Both the position numbers and the translations under genes were made by a program. From positions 12,276,001 to 12,340,000 of the forward strand of contig CM022667.1 of the NCBI GenBank assembly GCA_012295275.1: a stretch of DNA of 64,000 nt, written 5' to 3'. Under the pieces are notes generated by a model. It did no database searches. It saw nothing but the letters and a program-made list of their open reading frames with translations, and had not been told where the DNA came from. This DNA comes from Chrysomallon squamiferum. Lineage: Eukaryota > Animalia > Mollusca. Within the stretch, counting starts at the first letter, position 1. Each line of letters opens with the position of its first letter. Below, in pieces: positions 27,715 through 44,262 of this stretch.

Positions 27715-29250
27715 ATTAGTATGCTTATCTATTTATTCATACCTGCCGACATATTTTTCTTACATTCTTTTGTTTCTTCTTTACTAATCTGCAAAACAAC
27801 AAGCAACAGTACAAAAAACAAGATAATCAGCACGTTAAACAAAGAACAAAACCAAACACGGCTTAGATACTACAACAACAAAATAACAACAAAAAAAAGA
27901 AGAAGAAGAAGAAGATAAAATAGAAAGTGCATCTAGCAAGTGCCAAGTAATCATGTTTTATTATTTATTGTTTTGTCTGATGGTCTGATTGCAACACGTG
28001 AAGAATTGCGTGCAAGTGAGGAAAAACAAACCAAGAAGTTAATCAAATGCTGAAATTTTTGTTCTTTTCGGTTCTCTCCGCGACTTCAAAGGGAGGGATG
28101 GTGAATTCATTATTAACTGCCATTTGTTCCGGCTGACCTTTGTCGTGTAGGGTGCAAAATCAGTACAAAGGAAAAAGGATTCGGCAAATTTATTTTATTT
28201 TATTTTTTATGTATTTATTTATTTATTTATTTATTTTGTTTTGTTTTGTTTTGTTTTGTTTCAGTTTGTTATTTTTATTTTATTTTATTTTTATTTTATT
28301 TTAGTTTAGTTTAGTTTAGTTTTTTTATTTATTTTATTTTATTTTATTTCATTTCATTTTATTTTATTTTATTTTATTTTATTTTATTTTATTTTCATTT
28401 ATTTTATTTTATATTAATTTATTTATTTATTTTAAATCCCATGTTGGGTGTTTTGAAACATAATCACCTTATTTGTTAATTCCGTGTCAAACTGCCATTA
28501 ATTTCAGATTCAAGGGATATGCATTGATGGATTTTTTTTTGTTTTTTTTTGTTAACGTTTTGTATCCACCTGTCTGTCTCTTTGTTTCTCTATCTGTCCA
28601 TCTCTGTTTAGCTATCAGTTTCTTCATTTGTATTCGTATCTGTATAATTTATTAATTAATTAATTAATTTATTTATCTCTTCATTTTCTATTTCTTTTCC
28701 TTTTTTTTTTTTTTTACCTCTACCCGTTTTTCCAGTATCTTTATTTATTGCTATTTATTTATCTTTACATGGATTTTTCTCTAATTTTTTTTTTATATAT
28801 ATTTTTTTTTTTGGCATACTTCTATGTATATTACTGATTTATCTCTTATCTATATAATTATTTATTTATCAAACAACATTCTTCTATCTAAATGTTATCA
28901 ATGTATATACAAAATAATCTATCTGTTTGTGTTTAGGCTTGTTTCTAATCTCCGTATGTCCGTTTGTTCATCAAATATCGCTATTTAGAATTATTAATTC
29001 TTAAAAAAGAAACATTATTTCTGCTAACTAGAGATTTATAAAACAAAACAAAATATTTATTTTAAATTTACATTTCACATTTAGAAAATATTCTTTTGTC
29101 CGTACAGATCATTTATCCATTTACTATTATTATTATTATTTTATTATTATTATTGTTGTTGATGTTCTTGTTGTTGTTGTTGTTGTTGTTATAGTATGAT
29201 TATTATTATTTTATTATTATTAATATTACTGTTGTTGTTGTTGTTGTTAT

Positions 29251-29306
<56 letters not shown>

Positions 29307-30184
29307 CATTATCATCATCATTATTATGATCTTTTCTCAGTGGTAACATATTTCATCATAATCCTGAACACCCGAAGTCAACACTTTTCATTCTATAAAA
29401 AAAAAAATAATAATAAAAATAAAAATAAAAATAAAAATAAAAAATAAGAAAAAATGATTAACTCTTCAGATGCCAAACCGGGATCGTGTCTAGCGGTGTA
29501 CGACGCGTCCTGGTAGGTTTCCGTGCAAAACCATCTTAATTTTTAATTTATTTGTTCGTACAAGGCCAACCCGGGGTACACCAGATATTTAACATGTATT
29601 ACTTATTTGTCTCTCGAGGGTCAACAAATTCAATCGTCTTCCAAACTAATGTTCTCGGACCGAGCCGCCATCACCGAGGTCATGAAAAATTAACCTTCTC
29701 TACGGAAGAGTTCGGCGATAAAGCGCGCGCTGTGTGCTGCACTGAACACCCAAAGCGTGCCGCAGTAATTTCCACGCGATGTATTATTCAAACCCTGGTA
29801 CCAGTTTAATACAACAACACTCCGAGAAAGATTAACTCTTTAAGTTTAATATTCTCGCCAAAAAAGTAAAAAAAAAAAAAAAAAAAAAAGTAAAAAAAGA
29901 AATTAACTAGTTCTGTCGTGTTGTTGTTGTTGGGTGGTTTTTTTTTTTTTTTTTTTTTTCGGCCACAAATTAAAACCGAAAAGAACAAAATTAAAGGCAC
30001 GGTTATCAAGGTGGCACGCGACATTGCGTTTTGTCAGCAGTGAGGGGTGGATGAGACGTGAACTCGTATTTTAAACTGCTGTAAAAGAAATGGATGTTTG
30101 TTTGGGACGCTTTAAACTGTTTTCTTTACAACAAACGCGTTTGGGCCTGATAGTTTATTACTATTACTGTTATTATTATTATTA

Positions 30185-30263
<79 letters not shown>

Positions 30264-30699
30264 ATATATTTGTTTATATTTTATTTTTATTTAATTATTA
30301 TTATTATTATTATTTTTTTAAGAAGACTTACAAACATACAAAAACGTTATAACGATCTTTCTTATATTATTGTTATTGTTGTAGTTGTTGTTGTTGTTTT
30401 ATGATTATTATGATTATGATTATGATTATTCTCATTCTCATTCTTATTATTATTATTATGAATTTATACATCTATAACACAAAGCTGTTTAAATTATTTA
30501 AAATGGTCTTTTCATTTTTCTTACTTATTACCTTCCTTAATAAAACTAATATAATATAATATAATATAATATAATATAATATAATGTAATGTAATATTTA
30601 CGAATGTTAAAATAACTAAATATGAATGGATAATCTTTCTGTTAATGAAGATTTTAGTTTTCAGTTTGCTTACTGATTCTTCTTTCTTTTCTTCTCTTA

Positions 30700-30892
30700 C
30701 TTCTTCTTCTTCTTCTTCTTATTCTTCTTCTTCTTATTATTATTATTATGGTTAATATTATTATCAACATTTTATTATTATCTGCATTATTTTGTTGTTA
30801 TTACTATTACTATTATTATTATAATTTCTTCTTCTTAATCTTATTATTACTATTATTACAATTTCTAATACTTTTTTTATTACTACTACTAC

Positions 30893-30934
<42 letters not shown>

Positions 30935-31040
30935 CATCACCATTATTATTATTATTTTATTATTATTATTATGATTATTATTATTATTATTATCACCATT
31001 ATTATTATTAATATTATTATTATCATCATGATCATCATCA

Positions 31041-31078
<38 letters not shown>

Positions 31079-31190
31079 GTTATTATCATCATCATCGTCG
31101 TCATTATTATTATTATTATTATTATTATCATCATCATCATCATCATCATCATCACCATTATTATTATCATCATCATCATCATCATCATTC
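30700..31190. repeat. Trinucleotide block (TAT)n/(CAT)n
   Basis: Direct reading. It is the source of the poly-I/N/D/L ORFs in the track. Confidence 0.96.
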
Positions 31191-31661
31191 GTCTGGTCTG
31201 CATCTTCAAGACGTGCGCTCACAGATTATTGTATGACCGGTCTGTGTGTTGTTTTCACAGTTCGCGGCATTGGTGGAAGTGTTGGAAGTTATTTCAAATG
31301 AAACTGACTCTAAAGTAATCTCCATTTCTATGGACAAGAGCACAACTGCTGTTGCTTGATAACAAGCGATGATTGATATATCAGACGAAAATAAAACGAA
31401 AATACCACGTGTAGAGCGAGTAAAAAAAAAAAGTTATATCGTTGAAATCTGTGATCATTTGAAATTTACAGACGCTCGTTAATTTCGTAAACAGAAATGA
31501 ACACAGTGATAACAAGAAATTGACAAGCAGAGATATTTTTTTTTTTTTTTTTTTTTTTCATTTTTTTTTTTTTTTTTTTTTTATTATTTTTATTTTAAGA
31601 GAAGAAGACAGAGAGTGCATGAATACGAGAAGAAAACGAGATATAACAGACAGACAGACAG

Positions 31662-31679
<18 letters not shown>

Positions 31680-31750
<71 letters not shown>
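31680..31750. repeat. (GA)n microsatellite
   Basis: Direct reading. Confidence 0.98.
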
Positions 31751-31752
<2 letters not shown>

Positions 31753-31939
31753 AAAAACGATAAGACAAAAGGGAAGGAAAGGGAAAAACGCGAAAAAGAA
31801 TAAGAAAAGAAAAAATGGAAAACAAACAAATGGATAGAGAGACTGAGAGACAAGAAAGGATAGAGAGAGAGAGACAGAAAGAAAGAAGATGAGGGAAAGA
31901 GAGAAGGAAAGAGGTTCCGGCTGAAACAGAGACAGACAG

Positions 31940-31981
<42 letters not shown>

Positions 31982-32269
31982 AGATTGAGAGATAGACGGA
32001 AAACGGGAGAAACATGTGATGTTTTTGTCAGTGTCGTGTTTGAAATGTACTCGAGATAAGAAGGAAATAAACACGCGGTTTGGGTTTCGTCTGATTGGTT
32101 CTGCAGGGCGCTTGCTGATAAACACACCGACTGCGTGTAGCGAGGTGTGCGTTACCAGACACGTTTTTATTTAATCAGTGCAGGAATTTTATTGTAACTG
32201 TAAAGAATGAAATGCGAAACAGAAATAAACAGGTAAACAAAAGTGTTTATTTTTTTGTATTTTTGTATT

Positions 32270-32302
<33 letters not shown>

Positions 32303-32367
32303 CTGTGAAAGTGTAAGAGTTTTGGAAAAAAAACAGAATGCTTTGAAATAACATGTAGTCAGAACTA

Positions 32368-32370
<3 letters not shown>

Positions 32371-32455
<85 letters not shown>
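32371..32455. repeat. (CT)n microsatellite
   Basis: Direct reading. Confidence 0.98.
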
Positions 32456-32459
<4 letters not shown>

Positions 32460-33478
32460 TATATATATATATATCTTGTTCCTAATGTTCTGTTTGTAAT
32501 TCTGCCTCTTTTATTTTTCTCTTTTTATATTATTTTATATATTTATATACTTATATAATAACACACACACTTATACACACATATATATCTATACATATAT
32601 ACATGCATATATACATACATTATAACATATATACATATGCACAGATATACTTATAAGTATGAAAATCGATAACAGATAAATAATTAGATAGACAGACAGA
32701 CAGAAACACAAACATTTCCTTATTTCTTCAATATTGTTGTTGTCGTTGTTTGATATGATGCTTGCTTTATCCTAAATTCTCTAAATTCACTTTCAATATT
32801 TTTTATTTTTTATTTCTTTTATTTTTTTATTTTTTTTTTTTTTTTTTTTTTTAAGTTCAGTACATTTGTATTTTAATAGCTTCTGTCATGAATTTACATA
32901 TGTCGTGCACGACGTTCACAATCACCCTCAGCGCCGCCCGCACGCAGTCTCCTTGTGTCGACCTCGTCGCGATGACACGCCGTCCAATTGAGACGTGGTG
33001 ATCCAGAAAATCGCTACAACGACGCACAACGGACGACAGCGATCCATAGCTGCAGTCGACAATGGTGCAGATCTCCTGCAAAATGAGCCTATAAATGACA
33101 TCGGCCTGTTGGTTTATAATCAAAATCTAATTTAGAAAGTCGAATTATGATTTCGAACCAGGTAATTCCATTCACTCGGCACCTCGTAGACCATTCACTC
33201 CGATGGCGATTCGCTCAAGCATAAAAATCCCCCAAACAAAAGACGTCGATGGCAACGTCTGTTAAACTTGGGGAGCTAATAGTTTACACTCTGACTTTCG
33301 CCTCGTGTTTCTTCTCGAAGGGTTTCAATGTTAACGACCATGACGACAATTCCGAGTTTCTCTGTCGTTTCCTGTATTTGCATTTACCTCCGTCGTTTGT
33401 TAGTTCAATGTGTTTTTATTGTATTCTTTATTCACCTGATTAACATTCAGATCACACGGCATGGTGCCATAACAAACA

Positions 33479-33517
<39 letters not shown>

Positions 33518-33908
33518 AAGTCTTTCATTACCTTGTTAAAAATGTCTTTAAAAAGCATAAGGATTTTGCAGATTAAGAAGACGACGTAGTTGAGAAGGAT
33601 GAAAATGTGTTTATTGCAGCTACTACAACAACGCCAATACAAGATACAATAACTCAGAAAAAAAAAAAACAATTACAATATCGAATTAAAAAAAGAAAAA
33701 AAAAAAGAAAGAAAGAAAGAATAATGAATGAATGAAGTAAAAATAAAACGACAATTCAAGAAGTCAATTACCGAATGAATAAATGAATGAATGAATGAAT
33801 GAAAAAAGAACGAAAAAAAAACTGATATTTTTGCAAACAGAATCACAAAGAAAAAACAGAGAAAAAGAATATAAAATCGACTTTTTTTTTGTTGAGAAGA
33901 GCATTAAT

Positions 33909-33941
<33 letters not shown>

Positions 33942-34342
33942 TTTAATGAATAAGCAAGGAAAAAAAAGAAACTCGTGAAAGAAAAAGTTTTCAAACTGGT
34001 TATTTTTGAATGGTTACGCCAATATACACGTGAAAGGATTAACATAATAGAAACAACCCTTCCATCAGTCTATATAATATTAAAATATGGCGTCAGGGAA
34101 ATGAAACATATGTTTAACGTTAATCGATAAACATCTATGACATATGGGGTATCTGTGAACAAGCACACCTGAAGTGAAACCCGATGCAGTTATATTACCG
34201 TGTTAGTCATTAAATATAAAATTATGTATATTTAATACCAAGAGTTTGAATTACTATTTCATTATTAAAAAAAAAGACATGGAAACAGAAAATACTTTAA
34301 TGAAGACTACATATATACAACCTACATACATGCATACAAAAA

Positions 34343-35008
<666 letters not shown>

Positions 35009-36609
35009 AAATGAAAGAGGTCAATTGAATTTTTGAAAATCAAATTTTGCAATATCATAGTTTTTAAAAAGCAGTTAGATTTGTTTTATTAATATCTTAC
35101 TTTATTTTTAACAATGCTTGGTTTCAGTTAAATTCACAGTCAGGTATAGTAGTATTATAAAACTATTTCATTTTATTCGCTCAAAGAGACAAACAGAAAA
35201 GTAAAACTTGTGAAAATAAAATACAGACTTGTACAATATGTTTTGAATACTTTTTTTTACTGTTGAGCACAAAAACACATTCATTATGCTTCTGTTATTG
35301 GCTGTTAGAGACTTCTTACGATTCTCTTTTTTTTTTATTCTACAATCATGACATGATTTTAATAATTTTATGACAAACATGTCATTGGAGGAGTGGCTGG
35401 AACTAGAAAAAAAACACGGTTGACTTAGACGGACTGATTCTACTTCTACTACAACACACCGTCAGCATTTAAAACGTTAAAGTTTTCTGCTACGGCGGCT
35501 TTTAAAAGTTTAATGTTTCTTTCTTCAATATCCTGTCGACGAGAGCCGCTCCCTTGTTTACGTGTAAAAACTCTCTCTGAACACTGACTTTTATGGACGA
35601 GAGTGTATTTGATTCTTAATTTATTGGTTTCCAGAAATCTATTTCCTCAGTCCCGAACAATACTGCAGCCGATACGACAGCATATTCACCCGAGCAAGAA
35701 GTCAATACGTCGGTGCTGCTAGAGCACCAATCACTCGGATGACGTCGTAACATGTGTGACACATTACCGTGAGACGCGGGCAAACCTCTGTGTACAGTCT
35801 TCTTGTCAGAAGCATCTGATGCCTGTTTTCAACGTTTTCTTAAGAAGACCAATTAACCAGCGTTTATTATGTCAATCTATAACGTCTTATACACTTCCAG
35901 ATGTTGACAAAGAGATATACAAATGTCTATCGATCCCGGAGGCCGGTTTATTGGGACCGTATTTACATGTATTTGAGGCATAAACATGCACGCTTTGTGT
36001 CGTGAAAGATATCGCGACCATGGGGTCAAAGTCTAAAGGTCGCCAGCAGTGCAGTTCCTGAGCCCATGGTAGAATTATCCGCAGTAGGTTTTCAATAAAT
36101 TTTTATTGCTGTTTGTGTTTCCGTTGTTTGCTTCCGGTTTCATTATTTCTTGTTTAATCGGTTGTGATTGCAATGAACGAGGCGTTATCGATGATGATGA
36201 TGTCATTGTTGCGAAAATTAATTCATTGTATTTAGCAAATAAGTTTTCGGTATGAATTTAGTGTTACTGTTGTGCTTACTGGTCTGTTGGTCCGCCTCTG
36301 TGGTTCGTTTATTCATTGTTGATTTGTTTGTCTCATGGTTTCGTAATGTGGGTGGGGACTGGTTGGTTCGTTCGTTAGTAGTCGTTTAATCTGATAATAT
36401 TTTTGTCTGTCAGTCTTTCTGTGTGTCTCTCTGTCTGTTCGTTTCTTTGTTTCTTGGATCGAGTTGTTTGCTTTCCAGGTTAAAAAAAAATAAATACATT
36501 TTGAAATGTTGCGTTAAAAAGACTACAAGTTGTTATACACCACGTCACACAGATTTGTTTTTTAAGATGAGATATTTTCAAAGTACTTTCTTTTTATATC
36601 TAATACCAG

Positions 36610-36980
36610 TATAGATGTATACATGCAACCATATTATTACATATACACAGACATATATACATATATGCATTACAAAAATATATACGTGCATGCATACATA
36701 CGCACACACGTGCATATATACATACATAGATACATACATAAAAACATACACACATATATACATACATACATACATACATACATAAAGACAGACATGCAGA
36801 CATACATATATACATTCATACTCACATACATATCAACATATCAGCATACACACACACACACACACACATCTATATATACACTCATAGATAATAAATATAT
36901 ATATATATATACATACATACATACATACATACATACATACATACATACATACACATATATATATATATATATACATATTA
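36610..36980. repeat. Compound (CATA)/(TA)/(CA) microsatellite
   Basis: Direct reading. Confidence 0.93.
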
Positions 36981-37892
36981 TTTAATCAAAACAATTAATC
37001 ATAAATAAAAATGTATTATTCTTTACATACAAATTTTAAACGAATAAATTAATTAATAACTAGCTTAACAATTTTTAAACTGCTATGAATTAAACTAAAT
37101 TAAATCAAACCAAACCAAAATAAAATGAAATGAAATAAAACAGTCTGAACTAAAACTAAATAAAATCAAAACAAAAGAAAACGAAACGAAGAAAAAAACA
37201 AAAAAATTAAACTTATAAACCAAAACATTTCCAATGATATTTTATTAAATGCAACTCTTTCTTTCCAGCAGTACGTCAATAATAAGATCATAATCATATA
37301 TATTTATATATATATAATGTTTATATTGATGAGAATATAATATTATGTTCGGATGTGTATTTATCTCTGTATTTTAAAATGATGATATTTTCATTAATTT
37401 TTTTATCTGTTATTAGCTTTTTAATTCATCTAAATAAAAGTCCCATTTTTCGATGAACCCTACCCTGGACAAAAGCAGATAAATAACTCGTTAATACGAT
37501 GTGATGATATTAAAATATAATTTCGTACCCCAGTAATTACAAGAACGGAGTTAGATTCACTTGAGATAGCTTCGTAGATGTTAGTTTTGTTATGTAAATT
37601 GTTTGATTTTTATCTAACATGTTTAGCTCCGACGAATAACCAGAGCGTAAAAAGTTATTATTTTTTTTAATTATTATTTTTAAATTAAAATTTCGTTCTC
37701 TTTTGTTGTTTTTGTTATTCCTTTGTTATTATTGTTACTGTTGGTTTTATTATTGTTGCTGTTGTTGTTGTTGTTGTTGCTGTTTTTTATTATTATTATT
37801 ACCATTGCCTCTACCGTTATTATTAAGTCTACTACAACTAGTACTCTACTAAACTACTATTATTATTGTTGTTGTTTTGTTGTTGCTGCTGT

Positions 37893-37923
<31 letters not shown>

Positions 37924-37970
37924 ATTGTTATATTATTGTAATAATAGTATTATTGTTATTGCTATTATTA

Positions 37971-38023
<53 letters not shown>

Positions 38024-39566
38024 TAGCAATATTAAGTACCGATATATTTTGATTAGTCTACCTCAGTATATTTTCCCGCAAGTAATCAAAAGAAAATGAA
38101 TGTACAGACAATAATAACTTGTGCACATGCTAACTTGTCTGTGGGTTTGTACATTTTCACAAAAAAAATACCTATGCCGATTTATTTTTATCTATCTTTA
38201 TATTTCATTGCTTTTGGTAAATGTAAATATAATAAATTTAAAAATTATTATTTTTCTTCTTCTCCCTCCACCCCCCACCCACCCCACCCATAACAAACAA
38301 AAAAAACAGCAAATAAGAAAAGTTATATATACACACAGAAAAACAAAAGCCAAAACATACGGAAACAAAAACAACCTAAAAATAATTAACACACGTACAG
38401 TTCTGTCAAAAGAAAAAAAAAAAAAAAAAAAAAAAAAACGACAACAAAAACGTCAACACAAACAAGTGTTTGTCCTCAAACCAGTCGCCGGTTTCTGGGT
38501 CGTGCCTTATCGGACAAGTAAAAACAAAAGGTGTCACGCCACTGTTTGTTGTCACTACATTGTTCGGTTAAACAATCCCCGTGTCTTGCATCACGCTAAG
38601 ACATGTCGAATGTGTAGGCACGGCGTGTTTCTACTCTATTAGAATCGTGTTTACCTCTCTCTTGTTTCAAATTAAGCCTCGCTGGTTATGTTTTGTCTCT
38701 CTAAATATTAGTTTTGAAATACAGATGTTCGCGGCAAGGTATTTAGTCACAGCTTACAAGCTTTCTGGCGACGCCATGTCTGTTTTTTTTGTTGTTTTTT
38801 TAATGTGGCAAGCGGCAAAATAGAGCTGTCTCCTCTGTTATCGTCATGTTTCTATTTTCGCTCTTTCGTCTTTATTATTATATTTTTAAAACTCAGCTTT
38901 TTTCTTTTGTTCTTTTCGGTGTTTATGGCTATTACTTCTTTATTATTTTTATTTTTTATTTTATTTTTATTTTATTTTATTTTATTTTATTTATTTCTAT
39001 TTTTATTGTTATTGTTATTGTTATTGTTATTATTAATATTATTATTATTATTATTGTTTTTTTGTTGTTGTACTTTTTGTTGTTGTTTTTTATTGTTTTT
39101 GTTGTTGTTGTTGTTGTTTTGGGGGCTTTCTAGTTGTTTTGTTATTGTTTTTTTATATAATAATAAAAAGAGAAAATTAAAACAAAAATCCTGTTACGTT
39201 AATTATCGTTCGGCATTATAGTTGCTCATTTGGTTGCAATGACCTCTGACCTTTGTGCTGTCTGTGTATTATTGTGTGGTACGTTTTATAATTACAGTTT
39301 GATGGCTGACATAATCTGGATGGTTTGGATGGCTTCACTGATTTTGAAAGTTGTATTAATTGAGGCGTTGACGTCGTGGGTTTTTTTATGGCTTAATGTT
39401 GGTGTCTGAGATGTCGTAGTTGTGACAGTGACAGAAAATGGATGAGTTTACCTGGTTATGTCGTGACAGATGTTACAAAGCTGCTATCAGTTGTATTTAA
39501 TTAGATACATAAAATGTATGTGTTTTTTATGTTTGTGTATATGTGTCTGTTTTTGTGTCTGTTTAT

Positions 39567-39598
<32 letters not shown>

Positions 39599-40203
39599 TA
39601 AAGATATAAATATATATATACAAACCACATTGATACATACATATATATATATATATATATACACACATTACTTATATGCAGACAATCACACAGAGAAAAA
39701 CAGAAATAAACATAAAGAGATATTTGCGTGTATGTATATCTTAAATACATACATACATAAAGTATGTAAAGTGACGTACAAATGTAGATAAATTTACATA
39801 CAGTACAAAAACACAAACACACACACACACACACTCACGCACATACACAGACAGACAGAGAAAGACATACAGACAGACACGCAGACATAAAAGCTTCAAA
39901 AGTATTAATAATCACCGTTATTAATAATTATTGTAATGTAAAATGCGTGTCGCTGTCGTGTACGACGTGACAGGCTATACATCACGTCACGTCACTTTGA
40001 TCGCAGCGGGCTGCAACCACGCTGCTCACGCGTTTTTATTATCCCACCTCGTATTTACACAGACTGGGTAATTTATAGCCCATTACGACCGCGCTTTGCA
40101 GCACCCGGGCCCCGCTATCACTGTCCTCGTACGTAGCTAGTTTTGTTTTCAAACTTCGGTGTTATTACAAAATAATTATTATTACAATCCCTGTTTCGTT
40201 GAC

Positions 40204-40234
<31 letters not shown>

Positions 40235-40307
40235 CACGAAACGAAATGAAATGTTAGTTTACTGGGTTCTTCTATTTCCGCGTTGAAAAGGGAGTGATAT
40301 CAAAAAA

Positions 40308-40343
<36 letters not shown>

Positions 40344-40586
40344 TATATATGTATATATGTGTGTGCATATATTAAAGATATGTAATCTGTCGCCCATTAT
40401 TTTGTTTGTCGTCGAATTGTGAAAGGTTTATTTTTCAGGACGGTGTTTTAATAGCTTGTTAATGAACGGTTAACGAAAAGTGCAGCCAGCCGGAACGACT
40501 GGGAAACGAGGTATTTGTTTTATTTATGTGCTTATTAGATCCACGATAAAGATTTCTCGATACGGTAGTAATATGAGAATTTATGT

Positions 40587-40618
<32 letters not shown>

Positions 40619-41184
40619 GAATTTTTTTTTTTTTTTTTTATATATTCGGTCGTGTAAACCGTATTTAATAAACTGATGAAATTAGTGATAGAGTTTATTT
40701 ATTTTATATTAGCAACAATAAGCACATAAAAAAAAAATCTAAGTACATATGTTTTAATAAATCTGACGTTGATTAAATAAAGGAAATGAGAATGAAAATA
40801 ATAATAATATGAATAAGAAAAAGAAGAAGAAGAATAGGAATGAAAACAACAAGAATAACAATAAAAAACAAAAAAAAACGCCAACATTAACAATAATAAC
40901 AATAATGATATTGAAACAGGGATAATAATAATAATAATAAAAAGAAATGAATAAATAAATGGCGAAACGATAATGAAAAGAGAAATATGTGCACAGAAAG
41001 AGGATAATTTTACATATGTAAGAAAAAAATCAATTACAAAACAGTAAACAAATAAAGAAATAACAAAAAATAAACCAATTAACAGAGGAAGAAAAAAATT
41101 AGAATGAATGACAAATTTAAAATCCTGAACATGACGCAAAATTTTCTAAATTTAAAAAAAATAAAAAGCATTTTAGTTACTGTT

Positions 41185-41215
<31 letters not shown>

Positions 41216-43057
41216 GTGTTTATCTTTGTTGTTGTTGTTTTGTTTTGTTTTTTCATAAAGGTAGGTGAAGTTCCAAGAACACAAAAAAAAAAAAAAAAAA
41301 GTTCATCTGTTTCTTGTGTTTTTTTATTTTTATTTTTATTTTTATCTTTTTTATTCTTTTTTGTTTTTTAACTTATATCTTATTTCTTTTTCTTTTTCTT
41401 AAACTTATCTTCTCCGTCCCAATCTTATCACTTACGAGTTCATGTTGTGGAAAGGCTATAAATTGCTTTGCACTCAAAATGCTTGTGTTTGTAAGTCACA
41501 ACTGGACATAAAATATTTACCAACATCAACGGAAAGCTGTCTGCTTTGGTCCGCTGACACCAAACGTGTTAAACTCTTGTAAATGATGGACGACCTTGAC
41601 CCCTGTGACAAACTCATTCGTAAAGACAAAGAACACACAAGTACGGCGTTCAGAAAGGTCAAAACGAACATAAAAGTAAGAGCCCACGAGGCCCTGGGTT
41701 CGAATCACATGATCGGCAAACTTTCGTGAATGACGTTAAGATGTGATGATGGTAGATTTTTCTTTCAAACAAGTGAAGATAATTTATCTGGGTTGCGACG
41801 AATTATAGTAATTATCTACTTTTTTAGGGAAACTGTGTTTTTGCTTATTAAATATTTCGTTAAAACATCTGGAATTTAATTTAAATCACTGCTGTTTTAC
41901 GCTTCTAGATCTGATAAGAATTCTGATTAATTACAAACGTTGGCTGTAATAACACGTAGCGTCAGTGAAACATTTATTTGACACTGCTAGTTTTTATAAA
42001 TTAATTTATTTTGAATATGTTGTACGTTTTATATTTTAATAATTGTCATTGTTCTTTTGTTAGATGTATGTGGGTTCTTTTTTTTTCTTTGTGTATGTGT
42101 CTGTGGTAAAGGGTTATCTTTTGTATGAAATCAACTTTATTTCCGCACTTAATTACTATATAATTAGCATCTGGTGAAGCTAATTGTGTTGTGTAAATTG
42201 CTAGATTTTTATCTTTTCTGTGGTTCACTTTAAGTGGGGCGTTTCCAAAGAGTATGTTACTGTGAATTTATTATCATCAACATCATCGTCGTCATTGTTA
42301 ACATCATCGTCGATATTGTATTTGTTGGTATCGTTATCGTTATTTTCATTATTATTATCATCATTATTTATATATTTATTTTATTTTATTTATTTATTTA
42401 TCAATTTATCTATCTATTTTATATTATTTTATTTATTTTATTATTTGTTTATTAATTTATCTATTTATATATCTATTTATTTTATTTTTAATTTTTATTT
42501 AGTTATTTATTTATTTATTTACTTACTTACTTACTTACTTACTTATTTCCTTCTATGATTATTTATTCTTCGATAATAGTGGCAATTCTATCAGGGCTAC
42601 TTTGCTTACCACTATTCATACAGAACCAATATTTTCATTTCAATTTACAACAATTTTAATGTCATTAAAATTAAATTTATTTCATAATAAACCGTTCGTC
42701 TCACCTTTCGAGGTTCGATCCCATTACCTGCCCCTCCTTTTTTGAGGGGCATCATTACATTGCCAAGACATGTTGAACATGCCACACAGCAGGGTTTTAA
42801 ACGTGTTCTAATGAACAGAACACAAGATAAGAATTTAGACTTTAATGTTGAGATGTGTTCAGACTTTGTTGTAAAACTGTTTATACATTTTTCACTTAGC
42901 TGAGAATGTGACCAATGTAAGGAAACGGTTACGTGACGTCAGTAACGTACGAATAATGGATGGTAACAGTCATAATAAAATAGTAATAATAATAATAACA
43001 ATAACAATAATAACCATGATCGTGATCATGATGACGATAGTAAAATAAAAGCAATAA

Positions 43058-43104
<47 letters not shown>

Positions 43105-43352
43105 ATAGTAGTAGTAATAGTAGTAGTAGTAGTAGTAGTAGTATGTATAAAAAGTCAGTAGTTAACACAGACACACGCACGAACGTACGATGCAGACAAT
43201 GTGTAGATAACAAAAGACTTGGTATTCTCTTTTTTTAATGTCAAATGTCAACCCCCTACACGCACTTTAGTTCGTCAGTCTTTGTCTTTTACACCTGAAA
43301 GTGAATCATTAGTGTCCGAATTTCGTCTTCTTCTTCTTCATCATCATCATCA

Positions 43353-43407
<55 letters not shown>

Positions 43408-44179
43408 CATCATTCGTCTTCTTCTTTTTATTTTTATTGCTATTGTTGCTTCTTGTTTTCTTCTTGTTTTGTTTTTTTATAATTATTACTATTGTAATTA
43501 TTTTTACATGACTCCTATTACCATCATCATCGTCATCATCAGAGAAAACTGAATGACAGCTGTAGTAATATAATAATAATACTAATACTAATCGTACCAA
43601 ATACAGACATTCATTCATTCATTCAGCCTCCCTTCTCTTCATTTAAACCTTCACTCACTGATTCATTCTAAAGGTTACGCGTTACAGCTTACAAAGTGTA
43701 CTAAACTGAATCAAACGACTCGTCTTTCTTTCCGTATAACACCGAAATAAAGAAAAAAAGAACTTTTTCGATAGGTGACCTTTTTTTTCTTCTTTTTTTT
43801 TTTCACCCCACAAATAACTATTTTTTCTTTAACAATCTTCTTTTCACCATCTACCTGTTCCTTTACATTGACAGGTTCTTCTCTCGTTTTCTAATGAGTG
43901 GCAAATCTATCATGGCCGTCCTAACGGGAAACAAGCACGAAATCTCGTCTCGCGAGAACAAGAATGCGGACCTGTGAGAACACAGCATGACGACATGATG
44001 CGGAACATCAAAGGACCAAGGGAATCACCGCGAAGAACATCAAACAGGCACGTCACTTCACAAACAATGTATTGAGCTCGGTGCACGCAGTAGATGGTGA
44101 TGACGATTTCTTGTAGGTGCAGTGATCGTGTCAGTGAGTTTACGTATATCCAGTTCACGAGTTAAACCGTCTTTCAAAT

Positions 44180-44262
44180 CTTCGTAATGGTTTAATGGTT
44201 AAGCTGTCTGTCTTTCTGTTAAAGCTGGGAAGAAGATGTGAGATCGAATCCGTTACAGGTTT
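44180..44262 (+). mobile_element. Degenerate tRNA-like head, probable SINE relic
   Basis: A-box-like TGGTTTAATGGTTAAG and B-box-like GAGATCGAATCC at tRNA-like spacing. Stems are poor and there is no clean anticodon arm. Confidence 0.5.

Noticed and set aside
28300-28319. (TTTAG)n as an interstitial telomeric repeat
   Set aside because: It is neither TTAGGG nor TTAGG and is a local variant of the surrounding (TTTTA)n array.
32857-33123. 88-aa non-repetitive minus-strand ORF
   Set aside because: No recognisable motif or convincing exon structure. Such ORFs are expected by chance in a GC-richer island.
38271-38289. Second G4-like tract (minus strand GGGTGGGGTGGGTGGGGGG)
   Set aside because: It is isolated in low-complexity DNA with no supporting context.
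44180-44262. Functional tRNA gene
   Set aside because: The T-loop reads ATCGAAT, the T and acceptor stems pair poorly and there is no clean anticodon arm. It is kept only as a SINE-like relic.
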